DNA from: an uncultured Nitrososphaerales archaeon
GTDB lineage: Archaea > Thermoproteota > Nitrososphaeria > Nitrososphaerales > Nitrososphaeraceae
Length of the DNA: 64,000 nucleotides
NCBI GenBank assembly: GCA_963713605.1
Contig: CAVQMO010000001.1
Coordinates: 32,001 to 96,000 of the forward strand
Direction of reading: 5' to 3'
In this document: positions 1 through 9,312 of the stretch, in pieces
Layout of the letters: every line of letters begins with the position of its first letter
Numbering within the stretch: the stretch's first letter is position 1
Made by a program: the position numbers and the translations under genes
The notes under the pieces: generated by a model
What the model saw: only the letters and a program-made list of their open reading frames with translations
Database searches by the model: none
Told to the model about the DNA's origin: nothing

Positions 1-327
1 AACACGATAGCCCAATTGAGATCTAAACACTTGCCTGCTAATAGCAAGATTAGGTGGTATGGAATTGATCCAAAAAACAGAAAGGTGGAGAATATCATTT
101 CGTCAGTAATAGAGCCATCCATTGTTAAAGAACAAGTTCTTAAAACAGCTGTGGAGGTAACCTGCATGTTACTACGAGTGGACGATGTCTTAATGGCTAA
201 ACCAAAAATGCAGGCTCATACACACGCTGATGGTGTAGAACATTCACATCCAGGAGGAGACAAGAGGCATGATCACTATTTCGATCGACTAGGAAAACAA
301 CAACGGCCCATGCATCACTATTATTGA
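1..327 (+). CDS. Thermosome (group II chaperonin) subunit, C-terminal part, with His-rich tail; starts before window
   Basis: Open from base 1. VIEPSIVKEQVLKTAVEVTCMLLRVDDVL matches the chaperonin C-terminal V.EP..VK...L..A.E....LLRIDD motif, followed by HTHADGVEHSHPGGDKRHDH...MHHYY. Confidence 0.88.
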   Translation, partial: NTIAQLRSKHLPANSKIRWYGIDPKNRKVENIISSVIEPSIVKEQVLKTAVEVTCMLLRVDDVLMAKPKMQAHTHADGVEHSHPGGDKRHDHYFDRLGKQQRPMHHYY

Positions 328-768
328 TTTGAAACTTTCGGCGGTTTTGTTTTTATTCTTGTTCCGTATTCTCGTGGAGCCGGACCAGTTTTTCAATTGA
401 TCCTGTCAAACAGTGGAACCAGTGAATTGCAAATGCATTCAACATAGGAAATATCACCAGTACTCCGATATCAGGCAAGACATACACGCGTTATTACACT
501 GTCTGATCTTAAGTCTATGACTACTTATGGTATCTAAAGTTCCTTCTTAATGCGGGTCTAAATAACTCGTCTTTCATAGCATCTAAGGGTCAAGTTTTCG
601 AGGCTGCTGTCCGGGTCTGTTTAACCAAGTAGTTAGGAATTGGATTAGGAAAATAAACCCCTTGCCGTCTACCAGCGATATAATCAATCAATCAATGAAT
701 GATACAATATTTCCTATGCCGCCATGTAAATTATTGATATGCCACATTACACTATACTCACGGGATGA

Positions 769-996
769 ATACATTCCACACATGGTACGGGCCCATCTTG
801 GTTTGATGCTCAATGTGTAAACACCGGGCCTACTCCGGTAGCACCTTCAACATTACGTCAAAATGTTGGTGGAGTCGCAGGCGGAGGTGAATTTACGGCG
901 CAAGCAGTTCTAACAACTCCCTATGTTACTCAATCAACAGATATTGCAAATACGAAGGCTATAGGACAAACTTTTAGTGGAATCGTTATGCAGTAA
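769..996 (+). pseudogene. Start-less ORF remnant (…HGTGPSWFDAQCVNTGPTPVAPSTLRQNVGGVAGGGEFTAQAVLTTPYV…IVMQ*)
   Basis: About 75 open codons with extracellular-protein-like composition, ending at TAA 994-996; no usable upstream start. Confidence 0.35.
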
Positions 997-1201
997 AATT
1001 TGTTATTTTTACGGTGTGATGTATTGTACTAGCAACTACGATCTAAGAAATCGTAAGTGTGATTGATACTAATAAAATAGTGCTAGTAACTATTAATTGT
1101 CAGAGACTCGCTATCCATACCCCACTCCCCGGGTCTATAAGTTACTGCTAATTTTATTAACAAAGAGTCAAGAATGTTTAACATACACTGTCGTGATTCG
1201 C

Positions 1202-1369
1202 ATGACTAGCCGACTAAAAGAAGTCACTATGGAAGAGATCCCAGATATCACTAGCGATATGATTAAGAAACTTAACAAATTGAATATTAATTCAATCTAT
1301 CAATTAGCTGTTCAGAATCCGCACAAAATACATTACAAAATAGCAGCTAGTATCAGTCGGAAACAATAA
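1202..1369 (+). pseudogene. Fragment resembling RadA/Rad51 N-terminal helix-hairpin-helix domain
   Basis: MEEIPDITSDMIKKLNKLNINSIYQLAVQNP resembles the RadA N-terminus (L.DIPGVG.....KL...G..S...LA..SP); ends before any ATPase domain. Confidence 0.5.
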
Positions 1370-1439
1370 CTACTACGGTAGTAACAGGTAACAGATCAAA
1401 AAGCTTTGTAGCGCGGATTGCCAATAGAATATATTGCAA

Positions 1440-2110
1440 GTGGTATTAAACAAGCAAGAAAAAGAGCAGCTGGGGTCAAGCTATATCAAGAAGGTAAGCC
1501 GATTCGAGAGATTGCACAGCAAGGACATTTATCATTTGGAACTATAGGCAAGATCATTAGACGGATAAATAGTCTAGAAGGTGAAATTATGCCGAATGAT
1601 CTAAGCGGTAAAAGCAAAGTAACTCAAGCCTTATCCCTGTTCTTGCAAGGTAAGCGCCCCGTCGACGTTGCTATAGAATTAGATCTTTCGTCCAATGAAG
1701 TGGAGAATATATTACAAGAGTTTTGGGCTTTAAACCAGCTTCACGAGTTAGCATTTGCATATAGCGAGATCAACACCTTTCTGCCAGCATTTCTAAGGTT
1801 ATTTCATTTGTTGAAGGATCGTAAGATGCTGAATGAAAAGTATCTCTTAGAATTTCTAAAATATGCAGGCCAAGTTATACCCGAATTAACTTATAGATTA
1901 CAACAACTTGCAAACGAAGTCATAGATTTGGAATCAAAGAAAAAACTATCTATAGATGCGCTAACACAACTTGAGGATACGCTAAGCTGGTATCATAGAA
2001 ATACTGAGCTCAATAAACAAATCTTATCAGACTTGGAAAAAAAGATAAATCAAAAGCAAGTTGCATTAAATGAAAAACCAACAAAATCAATAAATTGGCC
2101 GGAATTGTAG
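1440..2110 (+). CDS. HTH + coiled-coil hypothetical protein, frameshifted near 1472
   Basis: GTG 1440 gives VLNKQEKEQL, which joins VKLYQEGKPIREIAQQGHLSFGTIGKIIRR (HTH) after a 1-nt shift. A second HTH (GKRPVDVAIELDLS) and a C-terminal coiled coil follow. Confidence 0.6.
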
Positions 2111-2205
2111 AACTATCTTCTATAAAGATACACTTACTTTAGCTTATAACGTCTCATCAACTTTGATCAGAAGCGAATATGAAGTATGTGTGGCTTAACA
2201 AATGT

Positions 2206-2337
2206 ATGCGAAAAATATTTGCAATAATAACAGCATTGATCGTGGGTGGAATAAGTCTTGCATCGACATATGGTATTCAGGCAGTTGATGCAACAAGGGA
2301 ACTAGAAATTCCCCTTTCGAACCAGAGTCCACTGTGA
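2206..2337 (+). CDS. Small secreted peptide (43 aa), mostly signal peptide
   Basis: MRKIFAIITALIVGGISLASTYGIQAVDA|TRELEIPLSNQSPL*: basic N-region, hydrophobic core, V-D-A cleavage-like site. Below the ORF-track cutoff. Confidence 0.55.
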   Translation: MRKIFAIITALIVGGISLASTYGIQAVDATRELEIPLSNQSPL

Positions 2338-2444
2338 TAATCATACTCGTGGTTTATATCAGATTTCGGGTAGATAGCAGTTGAATACTGAATGTGATAG
2401 ATAACAAGGTTTTTGAATAAGATCTTTGAAGATATTCTAGTAAA

Positions 2445-3620
2445 CTATGTCAAATATAGTACAGCTAAATAGGCATCAGAAAAAAAGCGCTTGTAATCGA
2501 ACTTTACAATTAAGTTAAGACAAGGCGTCAATAGCAGAAATAATTCACATATGGTTTTCAGACATTGTTGACATAATTCAACTGGAGTATTCCCATTTAT
2601 ACTGACAGTTAGGGAACTGGCAATGGGTAGAGAATTCGTGGGCGAGGATGTGGATATAGAGGGTGACGATTCTGTAGGCGAAGACATTGAGTCACTTGCT
2701 TCATCAACTCCTTTTAATTCTGATTGTACATTTTCTCCATTCTGAAGAGAGCCCCGTATTTGATTTCGGCCTGTTGTTCTGGGATCTCCGGGATTAGTAT
2801 CTAAGACAAAGAAACCATGTCTGAAAAATGTATCTTTGTTCTTGTCGGAGACTGAAGCGACGTACCATACTATAGGATCTCCACCCTTGGTCAAGACACA
2901 GTTTTTACAGAGTTCGATGTCCGGCATCCCCGGAGTTAACTTACCGGTGCCCGCCGCACGTGCTGTTGCGATCTGTTCAGGTGGATTTAATAGGGTAAAT
3001 ATGTCATCCGGATCTTCTTCGCCGGGGTTATCTTTGACTATTGCTATCGCAATTGTTTGGCCTGGAACTAAGTTTGGAGTTCCCGGCGAAACTCCGGATA
3101 GGGGTTCACCCGTTGACGGCTCAACCATGGGATCTATCCTTACAGGAATCTTTGATTCTCCCCACCTCCAGTGCATATGAACACAATCGAACTCAGAAAA
3201 ATATTTGCAGCCAGGTATGAAAATTCCTTGGTTAGAATGGGCTGTGTGAATATTGTCATAGTCGCGTGGCTGACCATCTTTTACTGCTAAAAAAGCTACT
3301 TCATTTATTATCATAGGTTGATCTCCTATATTATTAATCAAACTTGAACCAAAAGTATCAGCATCCCTGATTCTGGCTAATCCAGTATCAGAACCATAGT
3401 CCAGTTTATAAAAGGCAGCGAATCTTTTTAGATTCGGATTGGGTGAATTTGGATCATACCAATCATAGCTTACCTTGGGAACGAACCTGTAACATTCGAT
3501 GGAATTGGGTTCACAGTTATCCACTTCCTTGGACACAATAACGATATCATATGCTATACTCAGGCTGCTAGTATCTCCATCATCCGTCTTGAAATCTACT
3601 CCGGAAAGTAGAGCTCGTCA
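2445..3620 (-). pseudogene. Truncated large extracellular/surface protein
   Basis: 363-aa ORF whose frame stays open upstream of the GTG to an in-frame stop near 3618. A Ser/Thr linker is followed by the first strands of an Ig/cadherin-like repeat (NSLPIASSLTVSINGNTPVEL), then unrelated sequence. Confidence 0.5.
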
Positions 3621-4001
3621 ACTATTTTTTTTAGAGTAGTCTGGCACAACTGTCATAACCTTATTACGAATTCTGTAGTTCTACTCGTCCTGTATGAATG
3701 TACCTCTTCCGGTGCTGCACTTGGTGTACTCCCTGTACCAAGGACTCCGAAACCACCCTTAAAGAGAGTATATGGATATTATGTATAATGCACGAGAGTA
3801 TATGTATACTACCAATATTAGGATATCATAAAGCGGGGTTGAATCATGTAGATTACGAATTTATGCTGTTTTATAATAATGATTATTATTCATGTAACAA
3901 GTCTTGTTCAATAAAATAGGATTTGTACCAGTTATCCCATTAATGGCTTTCTTCGCTAGGAGCCTGCGAAAATGAATGCTTGAGTTTGAGACGTCAGTCG
4001 G

Positions 4002-4256
4002 TTAAAGAGGTTTCATCACGTCTATTAGCCTAGCATTAGTTATGATGCCATCTTGTTCTCTAATTGTAAGATCGACCACGTATTGAAGGTTATTTAACAT
4101 AAAAGTTGTCTGTGCGTCCCATTCCTCTCTTTTTTGTTCATTAGGGAGTGAGAATAATGATCTTAGTTTTAAATTTGTAATGTCTTTTCCATACAGTGTC
4201 TCAATTGCTCCTACTGCTCGAGATTGTACATCACTTTCATTTCTAACCGCATTCAT
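4002..4256 (-). CDS. Small hypothetical protein (possible PepSY-like fold)
   Basis: ATG start, 84 aa, helix then beta strands ending in Y.V.L.I...DG.I; upstream TATA-like TTTTATA. Confidence 0.65.
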   Translation of the reverse strand: MNAVRNESDVQSRAVGAIETLYGKDITNLKLRSLFSLPNEQKREEWDAQTTFMLNNLQYVVDLTIREQDGIITNARLIDVMKPL

Positions 4257-4624
4257 TGCGTATTCCTATAAGGAGAGTAACTATAAAAAAGTATTGATTT
4301 ATCATTCATTTTATAATGTTTAGCCATCAGTATAGTATTATACAATGCGTAGATTACGTTAGTATATCATTTGACAAATCTCTTTATATCTTCAATTTAC
4401 GAAAATCTAATTATTAGAGAATTATGGTCATCATAGTTCCAAAAAGGTCGGTTTAGCTTAAAATCAATGAATTCAATGTATAAAACTTAGATGCAATTGA
4501 CGAGACCAGTATCATGTCCTGCTCGTGCCGTTAATTTCCATTATCTATGAATATCTGATTCTAAATCTAGGAACGTATGGCTTGTGTATAGTCGATGAAG
4601 CGATTCGTAAACTACTTAGAAATA

Positions 4625-4652
4625 CTTAAAAACATTATACGTGTCCTAATAT
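4625..4652 (+). promoter_or_regulatory. TATA-like box (CTTAAAAA) plus downstream GTGTCCTAATAT motif
   Basis: TATA-like element about 40 nt before ATG 4667; the motif recurs at the same spacing upstream of glnA. Confidence 0.5.
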
Positions 4653-4666
4653 TTAGCGAATAAAAG

Positions 4667-5791
4667 ATGGGAATGGAATTCTATGGGGATTCGTACAAAG
4701 GTAATGATGAGCCAATTTTTGTTGGTATACCAACTTTTCTGAAGCTACCTTGGCTTAGATCCCGTCAGGAATTAGAAAAAATAAAACCAGATGTAGCTAT
4801 AATAGGAGAGCCATTCGATTTTGGAACAACGATACGTCCTGGCGCGAGATACGGGCCACGCGCAATCCGTGCAGCCTCAACCGTGCCATCTCCTCCCTAT
4901 GAACATTTCAACATTGAAACGGGAGTGGATCCTTTTGGTGTATTTAAAACTGTAGACTATGGTGACGTTGTAGTGTCTCCTGGCGATGTCATTGAATCAC
5001 ACAGAAGAATGACAGACAAGGTCAAAGAGGTTCTGGATATCGACGGGATTCCTGTAATGTTAGGTGGAGATCACTCAATTACTTTCGCTAACGTGAGAGC
5101 ATTTGCGAAAAAGTACAAAAACATTGGTATGATTCATATTGACACTCATGCTGATTGCGCCCCTCAAGGGCTTTGCGGATTCAAATATGATCATGGGGCG
5201 CATATAAGAAGAATTATGGAGCTGGGGTGTCTAAAAGGCAAAAATTATACACTTATTGGCCCAAGAGGATACTGGCCTGGACCTTATCTCTATAAGTGGA
5301 TGGCTGACCAGGATTTCCAGTGGTTTACAATGCTGGATGTAGAAGAAATGGGAATAGATGCAATTGCTAAGGAAGCAGCCGATAGGGCAAATGATGATGT
5401 CGATGCGGTCTATATAAGCTGGGATATCGATACGTTTGACCCCGCTTATGCGCCAGGTACTGGAGAACCAGAACCTAATGGCCTTACTTCAAGAGAGGGA
5501 ATGAGATTGATGCGATTATTGTCTACTTCTTTTGATCCAGACAAGTTTGCATTTGATTTGGTAGAAGTGGCACCCAACTATGATGTAAGTGATGTCAACT
5601 CCTACAACGGAGGAATCACTTCCGGCTTGGCAAATCGACTAATTGTCGAACTTTTGGCTGGACTTTCACTCACGAAGAAAGGGGAAAAGGAAGGAAATCC
5701 TGTAAGACCAAAGTTCTATCGCGGGAAGGGACATACTTATGACTTTGGTAACGGTCCTAAAGCAGTGCCCCCAAAAAGAAACAATCGATGA
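4667..5791 (+). CDS. Ureohydrolase (agmatinase/guanidinobutyrase/guanidine-hydrolase superfamily), substrate uncertain
   Basis: RPGARYGPRAIR, GGDHS, DTHAD, DIDTFDPAYAPGTG.PEP and VEVAP.YD; all binuclear metal ligands present. Confidence 0.93.
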   Translation: MGMEFYGDSYKGNDEPIFVGIPTFLKLPWLRSRQELEKIKPDVAIIGEPFDFGTTIRPGARYGPRAIRAASTVPSPPYEHFNIETGVDPFGVFKTVDYGDVVVSPGDVIESHRRMTDKVKEVLDIDGIPVMLGGDHSITFANVRAFAKKYKNIGMIHIDTHADCAPQGLCGFKYDHGAHIRRIMELGCLKGKNYTLIGPRGYWPGPYLYKWMADQDFQWFTMLDVEEMGIDAIAKEAADRANDDVDAVYISWDIDTFDPAYAPGTGEPEPNGLTSREGMRLMRLLSTSFDPDKFAFDLVEVAPNYDVSDVNSYNGGITSGLANRLIVELLAGLSLTKKGEKEGNPVRPKFYRGKGHTYDFGNGPKAVPPKRNNR

Positions 5792-6171
5792 TAGATATTA
5801 AAGTCTTAGTGCGTGGGGAAATTGATACTCCTTCATTCGTAAGGATATTCCAATATCCTGATAAGGAAGAGGAATCGATATTTTTCAATTCCGTAGCGTC
5901 GATCAAGAAAAAGATTGAAAGGGGGCTCAAGATCAATGCCAACGAAACACTTGCCATTTTTTGTGCGTATGTTATCGAACAAATGAGAAAGCACAAATCT
6001 CAGGACGAAATCGAAAATGCTGCAAAAGGCATTATTTCAAGTGACCAAGCGTTGATCGGTGTTCCAGAAACTTTGAGAGAAATGAGCTTTGACGTAATTA
6101 TTGATGATTTTCCAGAACAGCGAATAAAATTCCTCGAACCTATGAAGATTAGTAATTATATGATGACTTGA
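5788..6171 (+). CDS. Urease gamma subunit (UreA)-like protein, stand-alone
   Basis: KKKIERGLKINANETLAIFCAYVIEQMRKHKS...IISSDQALIGVPETL aligns by eye with UreA RRLARGLKLNYPE.VALI...IME.AR.GK....L...QVM.GVPEM. ATGA overlap with the upstream gene. Confidence 0.8.
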   Translation: MIDIKVLVRGEIDTPSFVRIFQYPDKEEESIFFNSVASIKKKIERGLKINANETLAIFCAYVIEQMRKHKSQDEIENAAKGIISSDQALIGVPETLREMSFDVIIDDFPEQRIKFLEPMKISNYMMT

Positions 6172-6397
6172 ACAAATTATAGGCACGACTCCACAAGTCA
6201 TAACCCATCGGTTGAAAAACCAATTCTTCATAAGACTAGAAAGAATACTTACGATAAACCAATTGCCGAGTATAACGGACATGCTTACTTGATCTTAGTA
6301 TTATCAAAGGCCAGGATCGTACGGCAATACAAAGTATCACATTGAATACCTGCAAGTCATATATAGCTTAAACTGCAAATTTCTTATCGCTCAAACT

Positions 6398-7504
6398 ATG
6401 GAATCTATTGTATTCGCGGATGGTAGCTATCAATCTTTGATGTGGATTGCTTTTGGGTTATTCGTAGGGATAGCCTTAGCCTTAGACTTAGGGATGATTG
6501 AGGGTATAAGGCGAAGAATATCTTCAAACGATAAGAACTCCATAGACAACAATGTACAGCTTCTAAGTCAGCAGGAAAGGAGCAAGAAAACATTCGAACA
6601 TGCACTGCGTTGGACTATAATCTGGATTTCGCTAGCTGGCGTATTTGCAGGTCTAATTTTCGTTAGTATGGGATATGACAAATCACTTTTGTTCCTAACA
6701 GGATACGCTATTGAAAAATCATTAAGTGTAGATAACATGTTTGTATTTGTGCTAATATTTTCATCACTTGGTATTCCATACATTTATCAGCACAAGGTAT
6801 TGATGCTTGGAATACTGAGCGCAATTGGACTGAGAATAGCCCTCATTCTCGCAGGAATTTCTCTGCTTGAATCATTTCATTGGATGATATACATTTTTGG
6901 TGGGCTATTAGTATTCACCGCAATACGAATGATAGTAGAAAAAAAGGAAAAGAAAATAGAAATTGAAAAGAACATTGCAGTAAGAATTTTGAAAAAGTTT
7001 ATTCCTATCGAGTTAAAAGGTGATACCGGCGACAAATTTCTTCATCGAGCCTCTGATGGCATAATGTATGCAACCCCAATGCTAATTGCGCTAGTGATTA
7101 TCGAGATGACAGATTTGGTGTTCGCCCTTGATTCTATTCCTGCAATCCTTGCGATCACTACAGACTCATTTCTAGTAATAACCTCTAATATATTTGCCAT
7201 ATTGGGTTTGCGGAGCCTGTACTTCCTTCTCGCGGGGATGATAGACAAATTTTACTATCTTAAGCCAGGATTGGCAGCAATACTGCTCTTCATAGGGGTC
7301 AAGATGTTAATATCCGAGTTTTACGAGATACCCGTACCTACTTCCATAGCTGTTATTTTTGGAATTCTCGGATTAGCAATTATGCTCTCGTTTGTTAGAA
7401 TCAAATATGTTTCGGTTAAGGAAGGCAGAAACAAACCAGACGGAGATGTTTCACTCGACAAGAACGATTTTGATGAGAATCGGACAAACAAGTTCTCGGA
7501 TTAG
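6398..7504 (+). CDS. TerC/Alx-family metal homeostasis membrane protein
   Basis: GYAIEKSLSVDNMFVF, QHKVL..GIL.A..LR, IEMTDLVFALDSIPAILAIT and TSNIFAILGLRSLYF signature motifs. Confidence 0.93.
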   Translation: MESIVFADGSYQSLMWIAFGLFVGIALALDLGMIEGIRRRISSNDKNSIDNNVQLLSQQERSKKTFEHALRWTIIWISLAGVFAGLIFVSMGYDKSLLFLTGYAIEKSLSVDNMFVFVLIFSSLGIPYIYQHKVLMLGILSAIGLRIALILAGISLLESFHWMIYIFGGLLVFTAIRMIVEKKEKKIEIEKNIAVRILKKFIPIELKGDTGDKFLHRASDGIMYATPMLIALVIIEMTDLVFALDSIPAILAITTDSFLVITSNIFAILGLRSLYFLLAGMIDKFYYLKPGLAAILLFIGVKMLISEFYEIPVPTSIAVIFGILGLAIMLSFVRIKYVSVKEGRNKPDGDVSLDKNDFDENRTNKFSD

Positions 7505-7591
7505 CCTCGGATTGGCAATCAGTAATCGTATGAGACTTCAAGTATACGAGTAATCAATAATCTCAGTTATATATATATCCACCAACATCTT

Positions 7592-8992
7592 TCACTTACC
7601 TGTTATTTTATTAAGTATTGATAATCCAATTTTTGCAGCGAAGTGATCCTTGATGTTATTTCCAAAGGTAACATTCTGCTCTCCCTTTTTTGCAACAAAA
7701 CCTATCACCGTTGCTCTAAAGTTATGTCTTCGCAATTCATCGAGGATTATATTTGAAATATCTTTAGTTGCGATAATGGTGTGACATCCATTTATCGCAG
7801 CAGTTGGGTTCATGACAAGAGCTTCATTTGAGAGTATCCTTGCAATTTCCTCAAACATCATTGGAATGTCATTGACCACAAGATGACAATTACTTATACG
7901 GGCAAGCTTCCATAGGCCAAGAATACCGTCACTACCTAATGGATGAACGGCTATTATGTTCTCGTTATCCTGCAGGGGGGTCCCAAATACAGGACAATAT
8001 TTTGAGATTATTTTTCCAAGTGAAAAATGTGGTTCACAGAGATTCTTCATACATTCATCTTTTGCAGATACCAGCTCTTGATTGTTGATGCCTTTGTTTT
8101 CTAAAGTTGCAATAATCTTCTCATCTATATGTGCTAGCGTATAAAGACTTAATGCCATCAATGAACCGAGAGGATTAGTGACAATAATCTGCATGGTCTC
8201 TTTAATCTGCTCATAATAAGTAGGTAGTTCTTTGAAGGTGTTAGCAATCCCTGTTGCCCCAAAGAACAGCTTTCCTATTTTAAGAGAACTATAATCATCC
8301 ATCTTGAGATTGTATCTAGATGTAAATGCGTCAAGGTTTTTTCTGATGGTATCAAGTGAAGATTCTTGAGGGGAATCATATATGGGATAGAGGTCAAACC
8401 CTGATGTGCATCCAAGCAAATTCAAATGATCGATGCACCGTGTCATAGGAATGTCTGTATGAAGCTCAGAATCGGGCTCTAGTGTAGGATCAATTACGTG
8501 AGCAGTAGCATTATCGGCAACCGTAAAACCTACCTTATCCCCTCTGTGCAAACCTATGTAGTCCAGCAATGCAAATTGTGCATCTCTATGCTCTGTGACT
8601 GCAGACGTGCTCCTATTAATCGAAACTTTACATCGGAAATTTTTGAAGAAATTATTGAGAATCTCCGTAAAGAATGTAGAATCGTCCTCTATCTCCTTAT
8701 GTATCCGGAACAACGCAAGGGAGTGTTTAAGATCTACCTCGTTTTCAACCGCAGGTTCACGGATGGAAAAGACCCTTCTTGTAAGATCAGGTGTTTTCCC
8801 ATCTGCATAAGGGAATGCGTCGAACCAATTTGTATCCAACTTTATAGAGCTACGTTTCATTTCTTTTACCGCTTGATCAAGTTTCCAACTATCAACTTCA
8901 TTAGAACCAGTAGTAATCCACCTCAAAGGGTCGAACCCCAATTGTCGATATTCTTCTATCCGCCGCCAAAAATCTTCAGTCAACACTGACAT
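7592..8992 (-). CDS. SelD-like (PurM/AIR synthase fold) protein, archaeal SelD-related family
   Basis: N-terminus YRQLGFDPL..., ADNATAHVIDP, LFFGATGI, IIVTNPLG and G.DGI.GL resemble archaeal SelD-like proteins; the catalytic Cys/Lys motif is replaced. Confidence 0.65.
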   Translation of the reverse strand: MSVLTEDFWRRIEEYRQLGFDPLRWITTGSNEVDSWKLDQAVKEMKRSSIKLDTNWFDAFPYADGKTPDLTRRVFSIREPAVENEVDLKHSLALFRIHKEIEDDSTFFTEILNNFFKNFRCKVSINRSTSAVTEHRDAQFALLDYIGLHRGDKVGFTVADNATAHVIDPTLEPDSELHTDIPMTRCIDHLNLLGCTSGFDLYPIYDSPQESSLDTIRKNLDAFTSRYNLKMDDYSSLKIGKLFFGATGIANTFKELPTYYEQIKETMQIIVTNPLGSLMALSLYTLAHIDEKIIATLENKGINNQELVSAKDECMKNLCEPHFSLGKIISKYCPVFGTPLQDNENIIAVHPLGSDGILGLWKLARISNCHLVVNDIPMMFEEIARILSNEALVMNPTAAINGCHTIIATKDISNIILDELRRHNFRATVIGFVAKKGEQNVTFGNNIKDHFAAKIGLSILNKITGK

Positions 8993-9312
8993 CCTCCTGC
9001 ATCTCTACCAAATGCATACATATACCACCAGATATTTAAAAAACACTATTTAGTAAAGAAATCCTTTGATATTCATGAATGCATATCAACAAAAATTAGC
9101 AGGAATTTCGATTGATGAATAGAATCATAATGACAAAACCATGCGCCAACACAAGTTTTGATCTCCTATTCATAAAATTGATACCCGATCTTATCATTAT
9201 GCAGGTATCATTGAGAGCAGGCTACGTCAATTTGAAAGTAGGCATTAAATACTAATATACATGGTTTACCTCCGAGAAGTTATCACAAAGGCCAAAAGAG
9301 TTTGTATCTAGA

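Noticed and set aside
4257..4666. Guanidine riboswitch upstream of the ureohydrolase
   Set aside because: No guanidine-I 3' motif, paired ACGR-loop hairpins or other class signature seen; the TATA position implies a very short leader.
6172..6397. yybP-ykoY Mn riboswitch upstream of terC/alx
   Set aside because: No GGGGAGUA-type conserved segment or four-way junction visible.
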